Of a stretch of 64,000 nt of DNA, positions 9,370 to 19,044 are shown in pieces (the stretch's first letter is position 1; each line of letters starts with the position of its first letter). Under the pieces are notes generated by a model, which ran no database searches, had not been told where the DNA came from, and saw only the letters and a list, made by a program, of their open reading frames with translations. The DNA comes from Opitutaceae bacterium (lineage in GTDB: Bacteria > Verrucomicrobiota > Verrucomicrobiia > Opitutales > Opitutaceae), in contig JANQKI010000013.1 in assembly GCA_028281165.1 (NCBI GenBank), positions 14,825-78,824 on the forward strand, given 5' to 3'. The translations under genes and the position numbers were made by a program.

Positions 9370-10529
9370 CTAATTGAAAGAAGTCTTGCTCCCTCGGAAA
9401 CCTGGCAATGAAGGACATCAGGTTCCTCTCCGAAACGTCCCCGATATGCTGACGCAACAGATTGAGCGTATGACTGCGTAAAGGCCTCGCCGGCCAATGC
9501 CATCGCTGCCCCACCGAAGCCTCCTCCAGTCAATCGCGCCCCAATGACTTCAGGCATGGATTTCAAAATGGAAACGAGATAATCCAATTCCTCGATACTG
9601 TTTTCGAAGAGTGTTCTCGAGCTTTCGTGCGAATCAAACAAAAGTCCGCCAACTTCGCTGACTTTGCCTTCCGCCAGCAACGCGCAAACCTGCTTAACTC
9701 TCTCGATCTCGCAAACGACGTGCTCGGCTCTTTTACGCACATTGGGCGAAAGTCGATCTTTATGAGCCTCGAATTGCTGTGGCGTTATGTCAGCCAAATA
9801 GGAGATATCCAATCCGAGGGACTCGAGTTGTTTAACGGCCTCGAAGCATTCCTCATGACGCGTCGCGTACATGGATTCGACAAGCGAATGCTTTTGATGC
9901 GTATTGAAAATCCATATACTATATTCGCTGCCAAGAGGAATGGTGGAAAACTCGATTTCTCGACAATCGATATGAACCAGATGTCCAGTCTTTCCAAAAG
10001 CCGAGACGCCTTGATCGAGAATGCCACAAGGAACGCCGACAAATTCGTTTTCCGCTTCACGACAAGCGATAGCCAATTCTTTATCTGACAACTCAAGCTC
10101 GTACGCAGCGCAAAAAGCTTTGGCGGAGGCCAACTCCAATGCCGCGCTGCTGCTAAGCCCTGCTCCCGAAGGAACGTCGGATTTCACCGCAATCTCGAAT
10201 CCACCCGATTGCTGAAGACCCCTGCGTATTAAAGCGTTGTATACACCGAGAGGATAATTAGCCCAGGCATCGTCACCATTTTGCTTGGACGAGCTATCAT
10301 TCGTCTCGACAAAAGGAAAATCCGAGCTAGCGAATCGAAAGGCTCTCTCGTCTATACGACGTAACGCAACGGATACGCCCTTATCTATCGCTGCCCCAAT
10401 AACGGGTCCTTGATTGTAATCCGTATGATTGCCGATCACCTCCACTCGACCAGGAGCGGTCGCCAGGAACTGAGGTTGCGATTGAAAATGCTCTGTAAAG
10501 CAGGACGTTACCGAATCTGAGTGAGACAT
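9366..10529 (-). CDS. galK: Galactokinase (GHMP kinase)
   Basis: Motifs are APGRVEVIGNHTDYN (galactokinase signature), PSGAGLSSSAA (GHMP motif II) and TGGGFGG. The ORF is open up to 10565; I prefer the Met at 10529. Confidence 0.85.
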   Translation of the reverse strand: MSHSDSVTSCFTEHFQSQPQFLATAPGRVEVIGNHTDYNQGPVIGAAIDKGVSVALRRIDERAFRFASSDFPFVETNDSSSKQNGDDAWANYPLGVYNALIRRGLQQSGGFEIAVKSDVPSGAGLSSSAALELASAKAFCAAYELELSDKELAIACREAENEFVGVPCGILDQGVSAFGKTGHLVHIDCREIEFSTIPLGSEYSIWIFNTHQKHSLVESMYATRHEECFEAVKQLESLGLDISYLADITPQQFEAHKDRLSPNVRKRAEHVVCEIERVKQVCALLAEGKVSEVGGLLFDSHESSRTLFENSIEELDYLVSILKSMPEVIGARLTGGGFGGAAMALAGEAFTQSYAQSVASAYRGRFGEEPDVLHCQVSEGARLLSIS

Positions 10530-10582
10530 TCTAGTCGAATAGGATGAAGCCAAACATAAATTCAATTGTTCACTTCGGAAGT

Positions 10583-10615
10583 AAACAAAAATCCCGCAGA
10601 CTTTTGCTGCGGGAT
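10583..10615 (-). terminator. Intrinsic terminator after the HU gene
   Basis: ATCCCGCAG / CTGCGGGAT is a 9-bp stem (10591-10615), followed on the minus strand by TTTTGTTT. Confidence 0.7.
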
Positions 10616-10640
10616 CGAAAAACAGAGAGAACGAAATCTG

Positions 10641-10955
10641 CTAGAGCAAATCCTTCAAGCCTGCGCCTGCCTTGAATTTTACGGCTTTGCTAGCCTTGAT
10701 TTTGAGAGGAGCTTTTGTAAGAGGATTGATGCCGGAACGGGCAGAACGTCGTGTCACTGAAAATGTACCGAATCCAACGAGCTGGACCGCAACAGCGTCC
10801 TTTGCGTTTTTGTCGCTTACCTTAACGCTTTTGCCTGCCTTTTTGACGGCAGATTTAATAGAAGCGAGAACAGCATTAAGCGCTTTCTCAGCATCGGATT
10901 TCGAAGAGCCGCCAAGGTTTTTTTGGATTTCAGCAACGAGTTCAGTTTTATTCAT
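10641..10955 (-). CDS. hup: HU-family nucleoid DNA-binding protein
   Basis: 104 aa. MNKTELVAEIQ...GFGTFSVTRRSARSGINPLT is the typical HU/IHF fold signature. Confidence 0.9.
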   Translation of the reverse strand: MNKTELVAEIQKNLGGSSKSDAEKALNAVLASIKSAVKKAGKSVKVSDKNAKDAVAVQLVGFGTFSVTRRSARSGINPLTKAPLKIKASKAVKFKAGAGLKDLL

Positions 10956-11064
10956 GAGCGAATGGATTTGTTTAGTTTTACTTGGATTGAATTGGAGTAA
11001 GTCAGGTAGCGAACATCCTTATACAGGCGCGTCAAACGAATTGTTACGTATCTTGAAAATAGTT

Positions 11065-11307
11065 CTACGAAGTATCATCATTTTCACTATTCTGGCTCTC
11101 GAAACTAGCTGGTACCTCGCCTTGCCGACCAGAAACGAGTAGCTCAAGCAAGTACTCCATGGCAGCAACGCGGCTAATATCCCGCTCAACAGCAAGCTGG
11201 TCGGCTCGCTTGACTAGCTGCTTCGCCATGGTGGAGGCTTGCTGCTCCCCAGCCCCCATGTTCCTGCACAAGGTAGTTAGTTTCTCGATTTCAGCCTCGG
11301 TATCCAT
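11065..11307 (-). CDS. Hypothetical protein
   Basis: An 80-aa ORF 14 nt downstream of ygfZ on the same strand. No recognised motif. Confidence 0.4.
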   Translation of the reverse strand: MDTEAEIEKLTTLCRNMGAGEQQASTMAKQLVKRADQLAVERDISRVAAMEYLLELLVSGRQGEVPASFESQNSENDDTS

Positions 11308-11320
11308 TCAAGCGATAGCT

Positions 11321-12220
11321 CTATACTGTTGCTAGATTCGATACGCTGGCAAGATCGGCGCTGACATTAACCATCGCTAAGCCAAGGACGCTGTCATCTG
11401 TTTCAACAACGCGTCTTATTTCCCCAACCTTTTTCCCTTTCTGGTCGAGAATCAGGAAAGGCGCTTCCTCTTCGGGTTTCGAGGATAGGTTTAACGTTTT
11501 AAGGGCGCGACGAGCCCTGCCCATCGATTTCAGGCGAGCCATCACTTCTTGACCAATATAACAGCCTTTTGAATACGAGATGGCATCTTCATCAAGCCCT
11601 ACTTCTTGCGGCAAATCGGATTGCAGTATGTCCCGGTTAACTAAGAATTTTCCCGATTCTAAAGCTATTCGAGACAAATCAAATTCATCCAAAATTCGGA
11701 TACTCAGTTCATGAGCTATTCCCTCAGCATCCTTTAGTGATTCCTTAGCCGTCGCTCCAAACAAGAGAAATTCGACATTTCTGCTTGAATCTCGCCTGCC
11801 CTGGAAAGCAATGGCGTCACCATTTGAGCAATACAGTCCAACTTCAGGATGTTCTAGTTCAAACCGAGACAGCAAACTGTCAATAGCTTCACCCCACAAT
11901 GAGATGCCGAAAAACGGTTCTCCAAGCTCGCATACCTCCACATCATCCATAATGATGTGAGCTTCAATCAGTTCGACTAAGCGCTCGCTTGGGCAGGCAT
12001 AGCTGATGGCTAGAAAAGAATCGTCTGATTCTCTCAGAACAAAACTATCGGCTTGAATTTTGCCTTTAACGTTTAGCCAGAGGCCGTAAACAACCGAGCC
12101 CTGAGTAGTATTACTCAGGTCATTGGAGAACTGGCCTTGAAGATAAGTTGACGCATCTGGTCCAGTGATTCGAACGAGTCCTTCAGGCCGATAAAAATGA
12201 GCTTTCGAAGCTGCCATCAA
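11321..12220 (-). CDS. ygfZ: Folate-binding YgfZ/GcvT-like protein
   Basis: 299 aa. It carries the KGCYIGQE motif characteristic of YgfZ and a GcvT-like N-terminal region. Confidence 0.75.
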   Translation of the reverse strand: MMAASKAHFYRPEGLVRITGPDASTYLQGQFSNDLSNTTQGSVVYGLWLNVKGKIQADSFVLRESDDSFLAISYACPSERLVELIEAHIIMDDVEVCELGEPFFGISLWGEAIDSLLSRFELEHPEVGLYCSNGDAIAFQGRRDSSRNVEFLLFGATAKESLKDAEGIAHELSIRILDEFDLSRIALESGKFLVNRDILQSDLPQEVGLDEDAISYSKGCYIGQEVMARLKSMGRARRALKTLNLSSKPEEEAPFLILDQKGKKVGEIRRVVETDDSVLGLAMVNVSADLASVSNLATV

Positions 12221-12357
12221 TCAAGAGCTTAACTCGTTATCCAGATCGAGCGATCTAAATTGAGATTGACAGTCAACAGACAAATCGTATCGAAACGGGT
12301 CAACAACAAACGAATTTCTCGCTTAGCGAGATTTTGGGGTAACTAAGAAAACGAGAT

Positions 12358-12396
12358 GGCGGGCAGCTTAGGGGTAGGCTGCCCGCCTTATTTTTT
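12358..12396 (+). terminator. Strong intrinsic terminator in the leader of the DAHP synthase gene
   Basis: GGCGGGCAGC (12358-12367) and GCTGCCCGCC (12378-12387) form a perfect 10-bp GC-rich stem, followed by TTATTTTTT. No gene lies upstream on this strand. Confidence 0.65.
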
Positions 12397-12452
12397 CCTG
12401 TCTGGAAATCGGTTCAATTTGATGCCAATCCGAGCAAATTCGCGTTTGTAAT

Positions 12453-13541
12453 TTGGAGGGAGCTTACCCAACTATCCACACCGTGAAGAAAACTTACGAC
12501 ATCAACGTCAGCCAGACGCTCCCACTCGCTACGCCACACGAAGTGATAAGCGAAACCCGAAAAACGGAGGAACAAGCGTCATTCATCACAACGTCGAGAC
12601 AGGAAATCCACCGGATCATTTTCGGCGACGACAAACGACTCCTGCTAGTGGTGGGCCCCTGCTCGATTCACGACCTCGAAACGGGCCTCGAATACGCTCA
12701 CCTTCTTAAGGCCCTGAGCGAGAAGGTTAAGGACCGCATCATGCTGGTCATGCGGGTGTATTTCGAAAAGCCCCGCACGACAGTCGGTTGGAAGGGCCTC
12801 ATCATGGATCCTGATCTGGATGGCAGCAGCAACATTGACAAAGGCCTGAAAGTTGCCCGGAAATTTCTAAGAGATATCGTTGATCTCGGCTTGCCCACGG
12901 CTACTGAACTGCTCGATCCCATCACGCCGCAGTACATAGCGGATCTCGTTTCATGGGCAGCTATTGGAGCTCGCACCACAGAATCGCAAACTCATCGCCA
13001 AATGGCATCTGGCCTGTCGATGCCGTTGGGATTCAAGAATAGTACCGACGGGAGTATTCAAGTCGCGATAAACGCCATCAAAGCGGCAAGTCACACGCAG
13101 ACTTTCCTCGGAATTAATCGTGATGGGCAGGCTTCGGCAGTCACTACGAACGGAAATCCAAATTGCCACATCGTCCTCAGAGGTGGTAAGCAAGGGCCTA
13201 ATTACGATGCGACCGGCGTTGAATCGGTAGCCTCTCAACTTGACAAAGCCGACCTCGTTCAAGCCATCATGGTCGATTGTTCGCATGACAACAGCAACAA
13301 GCAACCAGACAAACAACCGCTCGTTTTGAACGAAGTCATCTCTCAGGCGCAGGAAAACAATGCTATCATCGGAGCGATGATTGAAAGCAACTTGGAAGCC
13401 GGCAATCAGAAGTTCCCTGCTCCAAAGGATCAGCTCAAGCGAGGCGTATCCATAACGGACGGCTGTATTGATTGGGCAACGACAGAAGACTGTATCCTAA
13501 AAGCCTACGAAAGCCTTGGCGTTCGTTTTGCCACTGCTTGA
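12453..13541 (+). CDS. aroG: 3-deoxy-7-phosphoheptulonate (DAHP) synthase, class I (AroF/G/H type)
   Basis: Motifs are LLVVGPCSIHD, KPRTTVGWKGL and IESNLEAGNQ. The start is uncertain: TTG 12453 or GTG 12483. The isozyme (F/G/H) cannot be assigned. Confidence 0.9.
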   Translation: MEGAYPTIHTVKKTYDINVSQTLPLATPHEVISETRKTEEQASFITTSRQEIHRIIFGDDKRLLLVVGPCSIHDLETGLEYAHLLKALSEKVKDRIMLVMRVYFEKPRTTVGWKGLIMDPDLDGSSNIDKGLKVARKFLRDIVDLGLPTATELLDPITPQYIADLVSWAAIGARTTESQTHRQMASGLSMPLGFKNSTDGSIQVAINAIKAASHTQTFLGINRDGQASAVTTNGNPNCHIVLRGGKQGPNYDATGVESVASQLDKADLVQAIMVDCSHDNSNKQPDKQPLVLNEVISQAQENNAIIGAMIESNLEAGNQKFPAPKDQLKRGVSITDGCIDWATTEDCILKAYESLGVRFATA

Positions 13542-13694
13542 GATCAAAACGTAACAGACGTTTCGCCGTAGCTTCCCAACTTGTAGCTGCATGTCTACAT
13601 GTCTCGCCGTAGCCTTGGCGAAGGAGGAGGACATCCAGTTTTTAGAGCAAAAAACATCGCCTTTGAACAAAGGAGATTTTAGGGTGCCACCTGT

Positions 13695-14675
13695 ATGAAA
13701 TCACCCGTTCATGTAGCAGTTACCGGCGCAGCCGGACAAATAGGATACTCGTTGCTCTTCCGCATCGCTTCAGGCCAATTGCTTGGACCCGATCAGCCCG
13801 TCATTTTGCGGCTCATTGAAATCGAGCCCGCCATGCAGGCTCTCGAAGGCGTTGTGATGGAACTGCAGGACTGCGCCTTCCCGCTTTTGAAGGGGATCGT
13901 CCCGACTTGCGATTTGAACGAGGGCTTTAGCAACGCAAGTTGGGCTCTACTCGTTGGCAGTGTTCCGAGAAAAGCGGGCATGGAGCGGAAAGATCTGCTA
14001 GGGATCAACGGAAAGATTTTCACCAGCCAAGGAAAAGCCATTCAGGATAACGCAGCTTCGGATGTTCGCACTCTTGTGGTGGGCAACCCCTGCAATACCA
14101 ATTGCCTGATTGCAATGAACAACGCTCCGGATGTTCCGAAGGATCGCTGGTTCGCCATGACAAAACTTGACGAAAATCGAGCCAAGACTCAACTCGCCCA
14201 AAAGGCGGGAGCAGATATTACATCCGTCAAGAATCTCGCCATCTGGGGCAATCATTCCTCAACTATGTATCCAAATTATTTTGATACGACTATCGATGGC
14301 AAGGCCGCGCCAGAAGCCATCGACGATGAAGCATGGTTCAAAGAAACCTTTATACCAATCGTCCAGCAACGCGGCGCAGCCATCATCAAAGCCAGAGGGT
14401 CGTCTTCGGCCGCCTCAGCCGCAAATGCCGCTATCGACACGGTGGCTTCCATCATTTCCTCAACGCCTAGCGATGATGTCTTCAGCGTGGCGAAGCATTC
14501 AAATGGTGAATACGGTATTGAAGAAGGGTTGATCTTCTCATTTCCAACCAAAAGCGACGGCTCCAGTCTCAGCGTAGTAGAAGGTCTTGAAATCAACGAG
14601 TTCAGCCAGTCCAAGATCGACGAAACGGAAAACGAGCTAAAGGAAGAGAAATCCATGGTTTCGGATTTGCTCTGA
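13695..14675 (+). CDS. mdh: Malate dehydrogenase (LDH-like, long type)
   Basis: 326 aa. Motifs are [29 protein letters not shown] and IWGNHSST. Confidence 0.9.
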   Translation: MKSPVHVAVTGAAGQIGYSLLFRIASGQLLGPDQPVILRLIEIEPAMQALEGVVMELQDCAFPLLKGIVPTCDLNEGFSNASWALLVGSVPRKAGMERKDLLGINGKIFTSQGKAIQDNAASDVRTLVVGNPCNTNCLIAMNNAPDVPKDRWFAMTKLDENRAKTQLAQKAGADITSVKNLAIWGNHSSTMYPNYFDTTIDGKAAPEAIDDEAWFKETFIPIVQQRGAAIIKARGSSSAASAANAAIDTVASIISSTPSDDVFSVAKHSNGEYGIEEGLIFSFPTKSDGSSLSVVEGLEINEFSQSKIDETENELKEEKSMVSDLL

Positions 14676-14710
14676 GACCGCACCCAGTCTCCAAGGAAAT
14701 CTTAAGTTAG

Positions 14711-14731
14711 GGACGACTCGCTGAGTCGTCC
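14711..14731. terminator. Hairpin between convergent mdh and the MscS gene
   Basis: GGACGACTC-GCT-GAGTCGTCC is a 9-bp stem. There is no clear U-tract on either side. Confidence 0.35.
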
Positions 14732-14845
14732 AATACTGCTGGTTGTTTATGACCTCTCTTCTTCAACTTCATCTCCTGTTTCAATAGACCAAGAAGCAGA
14801 AGAGGATAGTAGTGCCTATATCAGCTAGTTCGCGAGACTGACTCC

Positions 14846-16366
14846 CTACTCTTTCTCGTCACTCCTACCAACGTCTACCTTTAATGGCACCGAATCCACA
14901 ATGTGCAGATCGCGCTGGGGATAAGGAAACTCGATTCCGTGTTCGTGAAACAGATCCCAGATTTTCACGAATAGCTGGCTTTTCACGTTGTTCACGCCAC
15001 GATTGGGATCGCGTATCCAAATTCTAAGTTCAAAATCAACGGAATTATCGCCAAAACCCATCAGGCGAACAACAGGCGGCGGATTTTGAAGCACACGGCT
15101 GTTTTCATTGGCAGCTTGGACGGCCAAATCCATAGCCTTGTGGATATCCGAATTGTAGGAAACGCCAAACGGAGCCTTGATCCGCACCTTATCATCGCTG
15201 AAGGACCAATTCACCACTTTCTCGGTTATCAGCATTTCATTGGGGATCAGATGCTCCGTTCCATCACGTGTGATTACTGACGCATAACGAGCTCCCAATG
15301 TATTGATCCAGCCATACGTTTGATCCACCTCAATCACATCGCCTGGCTTGATCGATCGGTCGCCCAGAAGAATGACGCCACTTATTAAATTGGATACAAC
15401 TTTCTGGAAACCGAAACCAAGTCCCAATCCAAGGGCGCCACCCAAAACAGCAAAAGCAGACAGGTTTACTCCCATCGCGCTAACCGCAAAAAGGACGGCC
15501 GCTACGCCGATCAAAACCTTCAGGAATTTGACGATCAATACCTGAAGCGCAGGAGACACATTCTGCATCTTGGAGACGCGCTTCTCCAAGGATCCCATCA
15601 TCCAAGCCGTTAGAGGGATAAGAACGAGCACCGCCAGAATCCCCTTTACCAGCGTCAAGGCTGTGACTTGCGTCTCGCCCGTATCGGAAATAGGGAAAAT
15701 TCGGATACTGTTCAGGCCCTCTTGCAAGACAGGCAGCACACCCAGCAAATTGAGAATCAAGGCGATCGCCAAAACAAAGAACAAAGTCCTGAAATAAGTT
15801 CGCTGCTTGATACGCTTAGGCAGCGCTCCAGAAACCAGCCAGAGGGTAGCAAAACTGGCTAACGCTCGCAGTAAAACGTAGTTCTTAGGACTATCAGGAA
15901 CAAGAAGGGCCCTAGCCTCTTCATTTTGCTTAAGAACCGTACCTGCTCCATCGTTTGTAACGACAGCCTCGATCGCCGGTCGAGCTAGTCCTTGCTCAAG
16001 CTGTCGCTCCAAAGCGCCACGATGATAGGAATCGATGGAGATCGAAAACGACCAAAGAAAGGCCACCAGCAGAACGCGAAACAGATTATCGCTAAACCAG
16101 TCTACGACTCCCTCCACCCAATCGTTCCTTTCTTCGATCGCCTCGGTCAGTTTTTTAAACAGAGGTTGTAGACCCAGCCTGATCACATAGGCCAGCAACC
16201 ACGCTCCCAGGATCATCCCGAGTTGGATGAATAGATCCTCGCCAACGAAGACTTCTTTGAAAGTCTCCCAGCGTGGCAAAATAGTCTCCTCCCAAATACG
16301 CGTGAAGGTTGCTCCCAAATCCATTCCCAGAAGAGGCGAAGCAAAGAAGAACATAGATCCGAACAC
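14846..16366 (-). CDS. Mechanosensitive ion channel (MscS family)
   Basis: 506 aa with N-terminal TM helices. It has the conserved MscS pore and beta domain (NLISGVILLGDRSIKPGDVIEVD...G.V..I..R.T). Confidence 0.85.
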   Translation of the reverse strand: MFGSMFFFASPLLGMDLGATFTRIWEETILPRWETFKEVFVGEDLFIQLGMILGAWLLAYVIRLGLQPLFKKLTEAIEERNDWVEGVVDWFSDNLFRVLLVAFLWSFSISIDSYHRGALERQLEQGLARPAIEAVVTNDGAGTVLKQNEEARALLVPDSPKNYVLLRALASFATLWLVSGALPKRIKQRTYFRTLFFVLAIALILNLLGVLPVLQEGLNSIRIFPISDTGETQVTALTLVKGILAVLVLIPLTAWMMGSLEKRVSKMQNVSPALQVLIVKFLKVLIGVAAVLFAVSAMGVNLSAFAVLGGALGLGLGFGFQKVVSNLISGVILLGDRSIKPGDVIEVDQTYGWINTLGARYASVITRDGTEHLIPNEMLITEKVVNWSFSDDKVRIKAPFGVSYNSDIHKAMDLAVQAANENSRVLQNPPPVVRLMGFGDNSVDFELRIWIRDPNRGVNNVKSQLFVKIWDLFHEHGIEFPYPQRDLHIVDSVPLKVDVGRSDEKE

Positions 16367-16582
16367 TAGCCCAATGAGGGAATGACAATCAACTTGATTT
16401 ATGAAGCGAAAAAGCCGAATATATCTCTCTTGTTCTTTGATTTGTCATCTGCCACCAGCAACCGACAAATCGAACCGGGAATCAGCATAGGGAATAGAAG
16501 GGTGCGTTGCTCTGAGATCGTAGCATGCAACCTTCAACATTCGCTATTCATAATTCACCATTCGCGAGCGCCGCTCGCAAAC

Positions 16583-16940
<358 letters not shown>

Positions 16941-17231
16941 AAGTTATTTATAATCAATAATTTAAAAGAAAATTTTCTTTCGAATACACTGCATTTAGAG
17001 GTGTTTTTTACGCATTTTTCTACTGAGTCTTACTGAGTAAAAATTTGCCAGGACCCTTGGATTCAAAGTCCTAAAATTGCGGCTCTTCAGGAGCAGATCA
17101 GGCACACCTGATAATCCGATCCGCATGATCACGAAGGTCTAAGACCAAGCATGATCTAACATCGTAAGCCATAGCCCAATAGTTGTTGCAAATAGACATC
17201 CGACATTCGGCTCGAATAGACGGATGTCCTT

Positions 17232-18200
17232 ATGGAAAAGATTACCGAACTAAAAAAAGCCTATCTTAGTTACTGCAAGTATTCGAAAAGGCTGCTCTCC
17301 AACACAATCAAAGCTTATCAGCAAGATCTCGATAGCTTCATCGAGTTCTCCAAACAGCCAGGGACGAAGATCTCTGAGATCGGCCCCGAATTACTCCAAG
17401 CATTCGCAAAGCACCAATTGGAAATAAAGGGCGCCAAAGCTACCACCGTTCGAAGAAGAATCGCTTGCCTGAAAACGTTCTTCAAATGGGCTAAAAGCAA
17501 TCGATTTTTGGAGAAGTCACCATTCGAAGAAGTTCAGATCTCAATACGTACGCCCAAACGCCTTCCTCGTCATCTAAACAAAAGGGAGGTCCAGCTTCTA
17601 ACAAAGGCGGCACTACCAAAGTCAAATGGTCGAGCAGACAAGCTGCTGAAGCTTGCCAAACATGAACCTACGAATCTCGGTCTAACGACCTACGCTGCAA
17701 TCAATCTCATGACAGCAACGGGTATCAGAATAGGCGAACTCGTGAGCATAACACTTTCTGACATAAATACAGATGACGGCTCCATCAGGATAAAAGGGAA
17801 AGGAGCCCGAGAGAGAACAGTCTATGTGACCAACAAAATGCTGCTGGGCTTGATCACGAATATCGCAGGAGCGCTTTCACAAAAATCATCAAAGAACAAA
17901 GTACTCTTTCTCAACTCTCGAGGAACTAACCTGACTTCCCAAGCACTAAGGCTTAGGCTTAAAAAACTATCAAATAGCAGTATCCGAAAAAAAGTTACGC
18001 CTCATGCGCTTCGTCACACTGCCGCAACATTCCTCATAGATAGCGGCGTAGACATAAGATTCGTCCAAAAGCTGCTAGGACACGCAAGCATCAACACAAC
18101 TGAAATCTACACTCACGTTTCAGACCTGAGTCTCAAAAACACTCTTCTAAGGGTAGATGTAATCGGCGAGCTTCAAAAGAAGGAGGTGAAGTACGGATAA
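17232..18200 (+). CDS. Tyrosine recombinase/integrase (XerC/XerD-like)
   Basis: 322 aa with an N-terminal SAM-like core-binding domain. Catalytic landmarks are ATGIRIGEL (Arg), HALRHTAAT (H-x-x-R) and GHASINTTEIYTHV (His...Tyr). Confidence 0.9.
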   Translation: MEKITELKKAYLSYCKYSKRLLSNTIKAYQQDLDSFIEFSKQPGTKISEIGPELLQAFAKHQLEIKGAKATTVRRRIACLKTFFKWAKSNRFLEKSPFEEVQISIRTPKRLPRHLNKREVQLLTKAALPKSNGRADKLLKLAKHEPTNLGLTTYAAINLMTATGIRIGELVSITLSDINTDDGSIRIKGKGARERTVYVTNKMLLGLITNIAGALSQKSSKNKVLFLNSRGTNLTSQALRLRLKKLSNSSIRKKVTPHALRHTAATFLIDSGVDIRFVQKLLGHASINTTEIYTHVSDLSLKNTLLRVDVIGELQKKEVKYG

Positions 18201-18215
18201 CTAGGAATTATCCAT
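18197..18215. repeat. Inverted repeat, left copy
   Basis: ATAACTAGGAATTATCCAT. It covers the integrase stop (TAA 18198-18200) and the first 2 nt of the methyltransferase ATG. Confidence 0.95.
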
Positions 18216-19044
18216 GACCAACTCTAAAAGAAAAAGCTCAAGCGGCTCCGTCTATTCGGCCCTGGATTGGCTGAGCAATCACTATAGTATAAAATCGGAA
18301 GGTCGTTTTGATTTAGTCGGAAGGCTTCCAATTCAACCAGGTGATAGAATAATAGATATTGGATGTGCAAATGGTGCGTGGACCCGCATAATGGCAGAGA
18401 GAGTTGGCATTAACGGAGAAGTGTGGGGTGTTGATCTTGATCCCGAACTTATCCGACATGCAGCTAAAACCCACCAAAACAATCATCTCTCGCAAAGGAT
18501 CTCATTCAAAGTGCTCGACATTGAGGTCGAAGCTATTCCACCAGATTTTAATATAATAACCGCATTCAACACGCTTTCATTAGTAGAGAATCCTTTAATA
18601 GTACTCCAAAAGATTCATTCATATCTGAAAAGAACTAACGGAATTTTAATAATAAAAGATTCAGCTCTGTCTTCCGACTTTTTTTGGCCATTAGAGCCAA
18701 AGGTTCAAGAAGCAATATCGCAATCACTTTCCTCCGGTGGAAAAATAAACGGCTATGATCCTGATTTTGCACTAACTTGTCGAAAATACTTAAAACAGTG
18801 TGAATTTACCATTCAAGAAACCAAGTTAAGTTCCTATGCCTTCATGTATCCCTTCGGGCAAGAGCAGAGAACTTACATAAGCCAAAATGCTAAAATGATT
18901 CAAGAACTGAAGCCAGCTTCGACAGGCTCAGATGCAATCGATACATGGATCACGGACGAAATGTCTGAAGAAGGATCGTTTTTTGAGAGTTCAGATTCGA
19001 TCTACACGACCACGGAATACACATACATATGCAAACCTAGCTAA
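18214..19044 (+). CDS. Class I SAM-dependent methyltransferase (small-molecule/protein type; no DNA-MTase motif seen)
   Basis: 276 aa. Motif I is RIIDIGCANGAW, followed by the acidic loop GVDLD and post-I/II motifs (ITAFNTLSLVENP). I found no DPPY/NPPY-type motif. Confidence 0.8.
   Translation: MTNSKRKSSSGSVYSALDWLSNHYSIKSEGRFDLVGRLPIQPGDRIIDIGCANGAWTRIMAERVGINGEVWGVDLDPELIRHAAKTHQNNHLSQRISFKVLDIEVEAIPPDFNIITAFNTLSLVENPLIVLQKIHSYLKRTNGILIIKDSALSSDFFWPLEPKVQEAISQSLSSGGKINGYDPDFALTCRKYLKQCEFTIQETKLSSYAFMYPFGQEQRTYISQNAKMIQELKPASTGSDAIDTWITDEMSEEGSFFESSDSIYTTTEYTYICKPS

Noticed and set aside
13560-13640. A repeated CGCCGTAGC...GGCGAAGGAGG-like motif after the DAHP synthase gene, loosely resembling CCGTAGCTCGAAGAGCGAAGGCGGG at about 20770-20800.
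   Set aside because: The similarity is short and imperfect. I cannot show a repeat family from two loose copies within one window.
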